From NCBI RefSeq assembly GCF_006345805.1, contig NC_043000.1, positions 72,540,001-72,604,000 of the forward strand: a stretch of 64,000 bases of DNA. Reading direction: 5' to 3'. Positions 41,698-54,394 of the stretch are shown here, one piece after another. Positions within the stretch are counted from its first letter, which is position 1; every line of letters begins with the position of its first letter. Under the pieces are notes generated by a model, which was given only the letters and a program-made list of their open reading frames with translations, did not search any database and had not been told where the DNA came from. A program made the translations under genes and the position numbers. This DNA comes from Octopus sinensis (Eukaryota).

Positions 41698-42216
41698 TTT
41701 CAAAGAAAAAGGTAATGTAAAAGGAGAAGAAAGGGGACTCTCTACACCCCCTTTTTTTGACCAGGCTCCCGTTGGCTTTTGTAGGGTTTTTTCCACCGGG
41801 AACATTTCGAGACGTCTCCCCCTTTTGGGAGTTTTTCATTGTTTTAATAATCATTGCTTTAAAATTTTTTACACGGATTTTTTAACAAACGGACAAAACC
41901 CTTTGTAACCTTTCGTCCTGTCTTGTCCCTTTATGTAATCATGCGTGTCAGCCCTTGTGGCCAATAAAAAAGAATTGATTATTATTATTATTATTCCTCC
42001 CGACGCCGATGGACGTACGTGAATCAGCTCTGTGAGTTTTGTGCCAATTTTATTGGAAATTTTTTAATAAGCTTGAATATTTTTTAATATTTTTGTAGCC
42101 AAACCGACCGGCTTCTTGCGGAGCTCGTCGGTTGGGCGAAATTTTGCCCCTTCGGGGTGAAATTGCTCTTTATTACATTGAAATTGACATTTTTTATGCA
42201 CACACACATTTACAAA

Positions 42217-43830
42217 ATGGCTTTAAAACGAGCTGCTGGCTCTTCCCTCCTTCTTGCAACACCCCTCCACAAGAACAAAAGGCAACGTCACGGGTTACGT
42301 ACACCCCATTTCAAGCCGTAAAAGGCAACAAAGATCTCCTTCCGAACCGAGAGCACGCGCTCGTTCAAAGGAGAATGCAAGCCAGGACGTCGCGTTCGAC
42401 GTCACTCTTGATTTCCCTCCTCTGCCTTCAACAAGTGATGCTGTACCGAAGAGGGAGGAAAAGAAACTTATAACAGACCAAAATACAGACGACCAACAAA
42501 AAATGTTAAAACTCTAACGATTTTGCTTCTGCTGCGAAGCAAATTTCGGAGATGTAGATATAACGATGGAGGACATAAAGATGGCACAAGATTTGTTGAG
42601 AAAGGAGGGAAACAGTGTTTTCCTCAACACACCTCAACAACTCACACAGAGCAAACAAAGAACAATCTTTTATAAAGTCTTCGAAAGAAAACTAAAAGAT
42701 TGTTTAACAACGCCACACACAACAGTTAGAGATGGCTCTGAAGCCCATTTGGGGCCAGAAGAGCTATGTGACAAGAGGGAAGCGATTTGGAACCGTGGAG
42801 GTTCGCTTCCCAACAGAGGAGCTTGCAAGGGCGAACGCCATTTCGCCCTTGCAAAATGAACATTTGTTCCTCGTCCCGACGTACCTCGGGCGTAGGTACA
42901 AAAAAATACTATAAACATACCCCCCCGAACAGAAAATCTCATGGCTAGTGGCGGCTGTCCTCTATGGCATAGAGGACACTGCCACTATTCTGATGTTCGG
43001 AGGGTACGAGAAAAGAACTGGTCAGGCATGGGAATTCAACTGCTGGTACAGATCCAGCAGGAAAACATCAATGCCATACCTGACTTTGTCATCTTGCTGG
43101 ATGGGACAAGGCTAAATGTTTTGTAGAGGGGCGAAAGCCAAATGTTTCCTCTGCAGTAGCGAAAGCCACCTAAAAAGGGACTGCCCCATTCAAAAAAAGA
43201 GAATGGAAGATATAGCAGAGGCAGCAGCAACAACAACAACAACAACAAACAACAACACAAGCAACAACAGAAACAACAAAAACAGCAAGAAACACCAAAG
43301 GACCACACCACCAACACCATCACCAACACCAGCACCAAGACGAGCAACACCACCTCCAACAACAACAACCACCACCAACCAACACCGACAACCACCACCA
43401 AACAACACCGACACCAGTACCTCGAAGGTCGACAGCAGCGACATCAACAGTAACAGGAGCAGCGGCACCACCGATACCGGTGGAACCAGAAACTTTTCGT
43501 CCTGCTACTGAAGCAGACCCCTCAACCATTCCTTTGCCGGATGAGAGATCTCGGATTGTGCGAGCTCCGATTCCAACAAAGGAGAATGGAACATAGTACC
43601 TCCCTCCAAAAAGAAAAGGAGGAAAAAACAAAAAGATTTACAGGGGAAGCACGAACAAACAGTACTTCCCAACATCAACAACAACATCAACAACAACACA
43701 CACTCACAACACAAACAACAACAACAACACTTTCGACACCACTACTGCTGCACTACCACAGACACAAACAAACACAGACACAATTACAGACACGATTACA
43801 GCAGTGAATACAAGAAACCAGAACTGGTTG
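42217..43830 (+). CDS. Tx1 copy 2 ORF1 (gag-like, frameshifted in this sequence)
   Basis: MALKRAAG start, then KRFGTVEVRFPTEELARANAISPLQ and CFLCSSESHLKRDC. The end position is approximate. Confidence 0.75.
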
Positions 43831-44113
43831 AGTATTTGAAAAACAAACAAGCACAAACATTACAGATTTCATATACCTACACACAACACACCACCAGCAC
43901 ACATTCTCACAATTAAAATAAACAAAACAGTTTACAACGAAATAAAACAAATATTCCCTAACGATGTGGGATCGTTAGGGAAAAGTTTCTCTCAGAAACT
44001 TTACAAAAATATTATTAAAGCACCCGTGCAAAAGCACAAGGGAGCCACCCCCACCACCAACAACAGTAAGTAGAGCCTTTTTTCTCCTTTTTTTTTTCCC
44101 TAACTTTTGAAAC

Positions 44114-47100
44114 ATGGCAAATCTTAGAATCGGTTGCTTGAATGTGAGAGGCCTCGGGTCACCTTGGAAACAGGGTCACCTGTTAAACGACCTGAGGTTT
44201 CATGATGTGGATGTAGCAGCCATCAGTGAAACCAGGCTCTCCGACCCGCAGGAACTCGCAGCCCTTTTCGGCGGATACGAGATATTTCTATCTCCGTGTC
44301 GGCCGGGAGCGGGCGGTGGTGGTACTGCGGTGTTGTTTCGGAAGGGCCTGGACCTGAAAATAAGGACAGTCTTCTTGGATCCGGAAGGTAAGTTGGTGGT
44401 CCTCGACGGGACGGTAGTGACGGCGGTGCTTTCAGACTGCTGGCTGCCTACGCTCCGACAGGAGCAGGGCAGTCGGATTATTTCAAACGTCTGGAAGTTT
44501 TCCTGGGAACGTCACGCACTCTAGTACTAGTTGGGGATTGGAACGCTGTCTTAGACGAACGTTTCGATCGGGTGGGCAGGGGAGCGTCTGATAGGAGAGG
44601 GGGAGGGTGCAAGAGCCTCGCCAACCTACTCGGCCGCTTTCAGCTGTCCGACAGGTTTCGACTAGACAACCCGAATGTGCCAATGTGGACTTGGACAAAC
44701 CGCATCGGGTCGTCTAGATCGTACTTAGATAGAGTGTTTTGTAGGCCAGCGGATAAGGACAGCGTAGGGTGTCCACAATTCCACCTAGTCGAATATACGG
44801 ACCACAAATTAGTGATCTGTACGGTCGACTTAGATAGGCTACATAGACAGGGACCGGCTACTGGAAGCTGAACGCGTCGTTAACGGCGTGCAAAGCTTAC
44901 AGAGACCGGATTAGTTTACTAGTTAAGCGGGCGCTCACGGGGGCAATCATCAACAACAACTGGTGGTTTGCCCTCAAGAGAGCAATTAGAGTAGAGTCGA
45001 TTAGGTATAGTAAGACTCTAGCTATTGAACGTAGGAAGAGAGAGCGGGATTTAGTTAAGAAACTAGACGAGGCTCTTGACACTGGCATCGCGACCGACGT
45101 GTTGGCGGCAAGGTTGGCCCTCGACCAACACTTCGACGCCAAACACGAAGGCTGCGTTGTCAGAGCTAAGGCACGTTCGCTAAGCGGGGAGGGGACTAGA
45201 GCCGCTCGATGGGCCCGCGTGGCGGAGGCGAAGCGAGGCAACAGAGCAACCATTCGGTCTTTGGTGGACCAGAACGGGCGCGAGGTTACCCAACCGAAGC
45301 AGATGTGTACGGTGCTTCAGCGGCACTTTGCTCAACTGTTTGGGACGAGCGGTGGAACGGACACCAACGGTACAGACTTCGGTGTGTACCTGGACGGACT
45401 GCCGCAACTCTCGACAGCGAGGCAGAGTGCTGCGAAGGACCGATATCTGCCTGGGAAGTACAGGAAGCGATGAAGAGTTGCACGAGAGGTAGATCGCCGG
45501 GTTTGGATGGTCTGCCCTACGAGCTTTACTTTTCAATGCCAGACTTGTTTGCGGACCTGTTGGCAAACGTCTACTGCAACTGGCAGCAAAACGGGAGAAT
45601 TCCTGCTTTTGTCTGTCGAGGGGTGGTGGCTTTGCTAAAGAAGGACCCAAACAAGGGGGACGTTATAGGGAATTTCCGGCCCATCACTCTGCTCAATGCA
45701 GAGTTGAAGATTTTGGCCAAGGTGCTAGCCAAGAGATTGGCGCTTGTCGTGGACAAGCTGGTCGGCGGGACGCAGACATGCGCCGTGCCGACCAGGTCGA
45801 TACACGACAACCTCCATCTCATGCGCTACATCATAGAGGGGTGGGTAACGACGCTGGCGCGGGTGGGGCTTTGATCAACTTGGATCAGAGTAAAGCCTTC
45901 GATAGGGTCGACCATCGGTACCTGGCAGCTGTCCTCAAGGCAGCCGGCTTCGGTCCAGTCTTCCGCGGGTGGATCGCTGCTTTATACAGCAACATCTGCT
46001 CGGTGATACGGGTGAACGGTCACCTTTCGGAACCGTTCGACATCTCGCGTTCGGTCCGCCAAGGATGCCCTCTCTCCTCCCTCTTGTACATTTTGACTCT
46101 CGAGCCATTACTGCGCAAGTTGGAGGCTTTGAGGGGCATCCCGCGCGATCTAGGAGGCGGAAACAGCGTGTCTGCTTATGCCGACGACGTCACCGTGGTG
46201 GTGTCGAGCCACAGGCACATTGGCCTGATTGGCGAGACGCTAAACCAGTACGAAGCGGTGACAGGGGCAAAGATTAACGCGGAAAAGTCTGTGGGCTTGC
46301 AACTGGGCACCTGGAGAGGCAAGCCCATGCCGTCCAACAGCGTCGTAGGGCGCTGGACAGACGGACCCGTTAAACTGCTCGGGGTCTGGTTCGGTCCGGA
46401 CCTCCAGGTGGATAAGAACTGGGAAGAGGTGACGAGCAGGGTGGCACGTCTCACCCAGAAATGGGCCGAGAGGAAGCTGTCCCTGAAAGGTCGAGCGGAG
46501 GTGGCGAATGCGTACATCGCATCCGTCATCTATTACCGCTTGACCGTCGTCCCTTGTCCCGACCGCTGGTTGGCCAAGCTGGTACGCCTGCTCTTCGACT
46601 TTTTGTGGAAGGGTCAGGTGCCACTGGTCAGGCGATCCATCTGCTGTCAACGACCGCTGAACGGAGGCCTTGGAATGCCGTGGTTGCTGTTGCGCAGACA
46701 TGCGCTCAGGCTGCGGCATCTCAAGCGCTTCCTAGACGGTGAACAGGTGTGGTCGTCTTTTGTCAGACGCGATTTTCCGCAGCTCGTCTCTTTGACGGAG
46801 CTGCAGACCTGGATCAAACGTAGACCGAGAAAGGGCGCTTGGCACCTCGAGTGCCGTCAAGCCCTCTCCGCCCTCCGCCAGGCGGGCAATGCGGTCGGTT
46901 ACAGCTCCACTCTAGCGTTCTATAGAGGGTTAGTGGAGGAAAAATGCGACGACGTTCTCGGGGAAACTCTAGGCGTTGAAGACGACGAACTGAGCGGTCT
47001 GTTCGGGAGGACTTTCGGGCCGGGGCCGATGGATAATTTCCAGAGGTCTCTCGCCTGGCAGTGCTACCGAGGGGCTCTGCCTGTTCGAGATAAACTCTAC

Positions 47101-47544
47101 CGGCACGGAAGTGCCGTCAGCCGGGCCTGCCCGAGGTGTTGCCAGGACGACGAAACCGTTCTGCACGCACTCGTCCAGTGCCCGAGTATTGCTGAAATAT
47201 GGGTTTATGTCGAACAGCTACTGTCACGTGTAGGACGGATCCGACTATCGGCCGAATCCATAGTGAAGATTGCCCCGCCGACCTCCTTTAACAAGGAGGG
47301 CGAGGCCGTTTTCTTGTGCCTTGTGGCTGTGGCGAAAGAAGTCGTGTGGTGGACTCGTTTGAAAGGGCTAAAGTCAGACACTTTCCTCTTTGGTCAAGGC
47401 CTCATCAACTTTTTCAAGTTTCACTTGAAAAGGAAGATGAGGTTAGAGAGGAAAGTGCTGTCCGATAGCAAGTTTTATGAAAGGTGGGTGAATTGTGCGA
47501 GACTGGCCTGTATAAATGGACCAGTTCTCAGGTTTCGCCTGTGA
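44114..47544 (+). CDS. Tx1 copy 2 ORF2 (APE + RT), a few small indels
   Basis: Near-identical to copy 1 ORF2, with its indels at different positions. Confidence 0.93.
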
Positions 47545-47824
47545 TTTCAAAGAAAAAGGTAATGTAAAAGGAGAAGAAAGGGGACTCTCTACCCCCCTTT
47601 TTTTGACCAGGCTCCCGTTGGCTTTTGTAGGGTTTTTTCCACCGGGAACATTTCGAGACGTCTCCCCATTTTGGGAGTTTTTCATTGTTGAATTTTATAA
47701 GTTGTTATAAAGATTTTTACTCGATGTTTTTAAAAAACGGCAAAACCCTTTGTAACCTTTCGTCCTGTCTTGTCCCTTTATGTAATCATGCGTGTTAGCC
47801 CTTGTGGCCAATAAAAAAGAATTG

Positions 47825-47857
<33 letters not shown>

Positions 47858-50800
47858 GCCTTTCCACAACTTCTAACGCTGGAGATGTATTACAGTATCA
47901 GCTGTTCACTACCAGTGAACTAAGATAACACCACTTATTTTTCGAGCACCTTCCGGAGTATTCGAGCGGTTCTAAGCAGTGCTGTTTTCTTCAGGTGCTC
48001 CACCCTTATTGCAGCTCCTATTTGTTCCACGTACCTCTTGAGATTTTTGCTCACTGTTCCCAGGGCTCCGAAAATTACTGATACTACTGCTATCTTTTTC
48101 ATAGGGATGTTGAAGATAAGACAGACAGAGAAAAAAGATGGCCGTGGATGATTAAAGTGATTAAAGCCGGAAATGGAGGCTCTAATCTCTGCTGAATCAT
48201 AAAATCCCATAGGAACTTGGCATTTCCATTTTGCTCACTGTTCCCGGGGCTCCGACAATTATTGGTACTACTGCTATCTTTTTCATCGACCACAACCGCT
48301 TAACTTCCCAAGTTAACCTGTCATACTCGACTTTCTTTCTTCCTTATCGCATATCTTGTTGTCAGCTGGACATGCTATATCTATGATACAGCATAGTTTG
48401 TTTTCTTTCTGAAGACTATGTCCGGCTTCCTATTCTCTAACTCATAGTCGCACTGAATCATAAAATCCCATAGGAACTTGGCATTTCCATTTTCGACGAT
48501 GTCTTCAGGTTTGTGGTCGTACCAATTTTTTGCTCTGTCAAGTCCATACCTGTTGCAAAGTGTCCAATGAAAAAGCCTGGCTATATTGTCGTGACGTCTT
48601 TTATATTCCTTCTGGACTAGTGGAGTACATTGGCTGGTAATATGCCATCCGGTTTCACCGTTTGTCCACAGATTCTGCACCTATCACTTTCTGATGTGTT
48701 GACTATTCTGTATTTTATGTAGTTTGTTCTTAGTACTTACTATTATCAAGTTTGTTCTTGTCCGTTGGACACTTTGCAACAAGTATGGACTTGACAGAGC
48801 AATAAATTGGTACGACCACAAACCTGAAGACATCGTCGAAAATGGAAATGCCAAGATTCTATGGGATTTTATGATTCAGAGCGACTATGAGTTAGAGAAT
48901 AGGAAGCCGGACATAGTCTTCAGAAAGAAAACAAACTATGCTGTATCATAGATATAGCATACCCAGCTGACAACAAGATATGCGATAAGGAAGAAAGAAA
49001 AGTCGAGAGATATGACAGGTTAACTTGGGAAGTTAAGCAGTGTGGTCGATGAAAAAGATAGCAATAGTACCAATAATTGTCGGAGCCCTGGGAACAGTGA
49101 GCAAAATGGAAATGCCAAGTTCCTATGGGATTTTATGATTCAGCAGAGATAAGAGCCTCCGTTTCTGGTTTTAAATCACTTTTAGTCATCCACGGCCATC
49201 TTTTTCTCTGTCTGTCTTATCTTCAACATCCCTATGAAATTGACCATTTATTCTTTTCTTTACCCACCTATTTTCAGTTTCATTCATTTTCAATTTCTTG
49301 TATATTGCTTTATCTTTGCAATCTGTCATCCTACACAAGCCTGACCTTCTTATTTCTAATAACAGTGATTCTGTGGCATTTTTTACATACCATGCTATGT
49401 TGTTTTCTTCTTTTCTAATGCTGTGTTCACTCACCCCGTCTTTTTCTTGGTACATACAGTCTGTCTGAGTCACTTTTTGGGTGGAATGACCCATATCTAG
49501 TTAGCAGCTTCCTTGTCTTTCTGTCTAAGCTGTTTAGTTGACTAATGTTCAAGAAAGTACCCCTGCTCAATATCTAAGGAGTGAAACCGCCCAGGTGTTG
49601 ATAACTTCGATCTTATTCCGTCCATTTAATTTCGACTTAAGAGTCAGTCTCAGTCTGCGCAAGTACTCCACCTTAAATTTTTCTGTCATTGCTTTCTCCA
49701 TCAATTTATCCATTTCCAAAATCACCAAGTACTTATAGCCCGTCTCTTCTAGCTGCTTCATAACCTCGCCCGATGGTATCGCTAGCCCGTCCACACATTT
49801 GATTTTGCCTCTCTTCAACACTAACACACCCCACTTTGTCAGTCAGAACACCATTCTGATATCAGCACTGAAGGTATCCGTATCAACGAGGGAACTGACT
49901 TGGGCTTCATCTTTACCATAAAGTTTGATGTCATCCATAAATAACAAATGGTTGACTTTTTGTTGGCGGCTTTTGAATACATACCCAGCTTTTGCTTTCC
50001 TCAGAATCAGTGTCAGTGGTATCGAGCACAGTACAAAGATCAGTGGGGATAGGCAGTCCCCTTGGAAGATACCCCTCCTAATTTCTACTGCCCTAAACTT
50101 CTTCCGTATGCTGTCAGGTCCGTACTCCAATTCGCGAGACTTTTTCCAATCAATCGCTCAACATTCGATGCAATACCAAATAGGTTCTTACACTTCATAA
50201 TCCAAGAATGTGGGATCATATCGTACGCCTTACGATAGTCAATCCATGACATGGCTAAGTTACTTTTCCTCCTCTTGCAGTATCTAAGTACAGTTTTGTC
50301 TATCAGGAGTTGGTCCTTGATACCTCTGCACTTACGCTTGCAACCCTTCTGCTCATGTGGCAAATGTTCGTACATTGACTCTGCTATTTTTCCAGTCAAT
50401 AACTTCCACATAAGTGGCAAACAGATTATCGGCCTGTAATTGTCTACCGTATTGCCTTTGTCGATGTTTTACAGGCACAGCAATGTCCTACCCAAATCTT
50501 TTGATCCAGTAGCCTTGAACTCCATCTGGTCCCGGGGCCTTCTAGTTGCTTATTTATTTATTTATTTATTTATTTTTCTTTTTTTGCTGATTTCCTTCAC
50601 TTCCCTAACTGAAATGACTAGTTCTGCCTGTTTTAGACAGACTACTGTTTGTTCCAGTTCTTGCAACCATTCAGCTTCCTTCTTGTGCTCCTTGTCTTTG
50701 CTCCAGATATCACTCCAAAACCTTTGACTTTCAATCTTATCTGGTATCAACTTTTCATCTGTACACTCTCTATTTATTTCTTTATAGAATCTCTTCTGAT

Positions 50801-50890
50801 CTACTCTGAATAACCTTTTAAGCACCCCTGTCTCTTTCCGGTCTAACACAGAGATTTCCTTCGTGAGGAAAGATAGTGCAAACAAGCTTT
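47858..50890 (-). mobile_element. Rearranged R4/Dong-like element (different subfamily), 3' end in (TAA)n, containing a ~470-bp inverted duplication
   Basis: GIFQGDCLSPLIFVLC, HLLFMDDIKLY, RKPDIVF and GALGTVSK...KTALLRTARILRKVLEK*. Inverted arms lie at 48097-48567 and 48765-49239. Confidence 0.88.
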
Positions 50891-50894
50891 CCTA

Positions 50895-51850
50895 GATTTC
50901 CCTATCAAACGATACAGGTAAGGGAAGGATCGACGACTTGTCTCAAGACACCGAAGATCAAATTCTCGACCAAGTAAGAGATTCTCCTGTTTTTGCTATC
51001 CAAGTGTGACGAAACGACTGACATCGCTCAGTGTTTTCAGCTACTGCTATATGTTCGTTTTTGTGTCAGGCAACTGTATAAAAGAGGAAATATTGTTCTG
51101 TCAATTTATTGATAGCTGTACAACAGCAGCAGCTATTTTTCATGATGTATCAAACTACTTTCAGGAAAACCAACTTTCGTGGGTTTCGCTGGTAGGGGTT
51201 TGCACTGATGGAGCTCCAATCATGCTTAGTCTGCAGTCTGGATTCATTATTAGGGTGAGAGAAAAAGTCTATATAATGTAGGTATTCACTGCATACTTCA
51301 TCGTGAAGCCTTAGCATCCGGAATCTTACCTACTGAAATGAGAAATGTCCTGAACGTGGCTATCAAGGTTGTCAACTTTGTTAAAGGTGGAACCTTAAAC
51401 AGTCGTCTTTTCAAACTGTTGTGTAAGGAAATGGAATCTGAACATGAAGCATTGCTTTTTCATACGAACGTACGATGGCTATCAAAGGCAGATCTCCATG
51501 ACGAGTTCCAGTCTGAAGGCCTTCAACTATTTCTAGCTTACCTGGTGGACATCTTTGAAGCGTTGAATGCTCTCGACCTACAAGGGAAAAACATCAACAT
51601 TCTCACGCACCACAAAACCATCCGAACCTTCGTGGCCAAACTCGACTTCTGGAAATGTCGAATTCAGCAGGGAAATACAGCCAGTTTTAGTTACTTGGAT
51701 TCTGCTATCATTCATGGTAACCTTGATTCTGAAAAACAAATAATCACTCCTCTCACTGACTTGAAAACAGAATTCATTAGATACTTCCCAGATATAGATA
51801 AAAAGCGTGAAGCTTGGAAATTCATCAGGAACCCATTTCAGTGTGAAGTG
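50895..51850 (+). mobile_element. hAT (Buster/Charlie, ZBED5/FAM200-like) transposase fragment
   Basis: EEILFC, VGVCTDGAP, IHCILHREALAS, and KVVNFVKGGTLNSRLFKLLCKEMESEHEALLFHTNVRWLSK. Internally deleted. Confidence 0.88.
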
Positions 51851-52830
51851 AAAGAGGAGTTTTCTTTATTGCTGATCATTAGCTTTCTGTTAACATCCAC
51901 AACTGTACACTGTTTCTTTTCTCTATCCCAAATCACTATGTCAAGTATATTATGTTTACATTTTATTGTGCTTTTCACTGGGACATTCCACGAGTACTCT
52001 CTTTTAATTATGGCTTCTACCATATTGTGGGTTCTTATTTCTTTGGCGTTGGAGTTATTCTTCCGAAGGAGCTCATTATACAGTGTCCTATCTGCAACAT
52101 CATGTCTCATTAATAGATAATACCGTGATGACATTTTCAGGCAACTGCTTATAATATGGGTGATATCTCCGATGTTAACTTCACAAAGTCTGCATCGGAT
52201 GTTACATTTTGATGTTTTTTCTGCGTCTCTATCCCTTTTGTGCATCAAGTACTTGGTTGATATTTCCTATTCTTGAATAGCAAACACATACCCCTCAAAG
52301 TGGGAGTTAGAAATCCGTTAGCTGGTCCATGATAGACTTCTTTGATAATCAATGTTTCCATCGTCCCGGAGCTTTCTACTATTATATCCATGTATGGTTT
52401 TCTGCTGATATACGCTCATCCTTTCACCTGATGATACGTTGCAGTAGTCATGCGACTTCTTTGGACATGTATTTAAAGTTATTAGACAAAGAATGCTGCC
52501 CAAGGAGCTGCTTTCCAACCCTCATGATGTTATCAGCCTCATGTATGCAAACTTAGTCAAGGGATGCACTTCGACACCTGGTGATTAAAATACGTCGCCA
52601 ATGGGATGTAATACGACATTCAAAGGCAGTCTGAATCGATGCTAAGCCTCTGTCGCCTTGTTTTCGTTTTAGGTAGAGGTGGTCTACGTCACTATCGATG
52701 TGGAAATTATGTGTGCTGGTTAGTATCTTCAGGGTTTTCACATCAATGATTCGGATCTTATCAAGCGCCCAATTAAGTAACTCAAATGTTAATATGAGTA
52801 CTGGCACTTCAAACACATTGTGAGCATGTG
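51850..52830 (-). mobile_element. Degraded R4/Dong-like fragment (another subfamily)
   Basis: SDVDHLYLKRKQGDRGL, CRLCEVNIGDITHIISSC, RHD and LDIVIWDREKKQCTVVD. Confidence 0.8.
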
Positions 52831-52998
52831 TGTATATATGTGTGAGGAGACTGACAGAATTTACTATTATGATAACTTATAAAATAAAAACAATTTATTT
52901 GTAATTTATACCTAATATTCATAATTGAATTTAACAATCGCTGTAAAAGAGTCCATTTCATAATAATAAATGTATTCAGTATACAATATCAATCTTAC

Positions 52999-53247
52999 CG
53001 TTAGACTGGTGTGATTTCTGTTCCGCTAAATCCATGTCTTTTATCATATGACTGGAAAGATCTCGTGCAATAGGATTTGCAGGGACACCGTGTGGTGCTA
53101 AATGTGACGCTTCCTCAAGAATCCTGTGTGCCTCAGTAGTTTGAGGTAAAACGATCTCTGCTCCAACAAAAAATCGGTTAATCAAGAAAAACCCAACCAG
53201 TACAAATATGCAAGTAATTCCATAGGCACGGAAAGTTACTTCACTCC
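52999..53247 (-). CDS. MFSD6: MFSD6-like transporter exon encoding the last TM helix and start of the cytoplasmic tail (GSEVTFRAYGITCIFVLVGFFLINRFF...EEASHLAPHGVPANPIARDLSS...SN)
   Basis: Acceptor ttttccattgtAG and donor GTAAG. The exon is 249 bp in phase 1/1 and continues directly from the 61276 exon. 'TFR..G..C' resembles human MFSD6 AATFRGIGMACL as recalled. Confidence 0.9.
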
Positions 53248-53489
53248 CTACAATGGAAAATCAGTATTAGTAATTAAGTTACAAATTTAGACAATGTGGA
53301 TTTTTTTAAGAAAAACAACGTAATAATTACCGTTAATTTTATTTAAGAGAAATACAATATACTGAAGAAAGGTTCTTAAAGAGATACAATTTTAATTTAA
53401 CTTTCGGTGACTCATATTGTCTGTTCGCAAAAGAATTTTTTTATCTTTAAGACAGATCAAGAATATCCAAGATATCCTCAGCTCTCAAC

Positions 53490-53960
53490 TGATCGTGGCT
53501 TCAACAGTTCTCCGTTAAAGCAAACCCATGTTTTTATGTTACCTTAAGAGGTTCGACTGTCATTTATATACTTTTCAGGGCATTACAACTTCAAGATTAT
53601 CTTCAAGAGTGCCTCCCTGTTAACCGTGTCGATTGCCTTTGCGAAATCTATGATAGTTGACCAGAGAAGAAATATGGATATCAATGGCTTATCTTTCTTC
53701 CCCCACCCCATCTCCGACGGCGAATACTCCGAGTATCTTGGAAATGATGAGCATGCCGTGACAAAGAAATAAGTTAGTTGATTTCGGAAGCTACAAAATT
53801 CACAGCCGTTCGCAATCACTTGACCATATCCAAGAACGTATGTGTAGCGTCAGTGCTAGACCAACATTGGAATAATAGACAGGACACTTTAAAAGATCTT
53901 CAAGGGAGATCATGCCTCTCACTGGTAGCTTCCACATCAGCAGTGATACTAACAGGATCT
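53490..53960 (-). mobile_element. Degraded RTE-like RT fragment
   Basis: IIDFAKAIDTVNREALLKIIL resembles the RTE 'F.D..KAFDTVNRE.LW' block. Confidence 0.55.
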
Positions 53961-54298
53961 ATGTAGGGACGGAAACCGAGGTATAAGATTAGTTCTAACA
54001 ACTTTTGAGCTTTGCCTTGTCACACAGACAATTGTTGAACACTAAATAAGAAATGAGTATACTACATATGCACTCTGCAATGAAAAATGATATGTTGAGT
54101 GTAGGTGAAGAACTTTTCAATAGTTATTCTGAGTGTACAATTGCTCTATAATACCTAAAGGATTAACATAATACCTGAAGGATAACATTAACCCGCTCAC
54201 ATATCTACAAATCCCTGGAGTTGTTTGACACTTGACAAGAACGCTTTGTAACTCGTCTGAATTCAGTAAATTTACTCTAAAGAAAAATATACACAGAA

Positions 54299-54348
<50 letters not shown>

Positions 54349-54394
54349 TGTGTGTGTGTGTGTGTGTGACACTAACTAAGCTACATATTTACAT

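Larger units (their letters stand above)
36120..41977 (+). mobile_element. L1/Tx1-clade non-LTR retrotransposon, copy 1, full length (~5.86 kb)
   Basis: 5' UTR, ORF1 with CCHC knuckle, ORF2 with APE, RT and C-terminal Cys/His motif, then a 3' end AATAAAAAAGAATTG followed by (ATT)6. It is preceded by the long ATT array. Confidence 0.95.
41996..47824 (+). mobile_element. L1/Tx1-clade non-LTR retrotransposon, copy 2, full length, head-to-tail with copy 1
   Basis: Same organisation as copy 1. It starts cctcccgacgccgat after (ATT)6 and ends AATAAAAAAGAATTG followed by (ATT)11. Confidence 0.95.

Noticed and set aside
39066-47166. Numerous antisense and alternate-frame ORFs over the Tx1 ORF2s
   Set aside because: They are expected by-products of GC-rich coding sequence. 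Their duplication only reflects the two copies.
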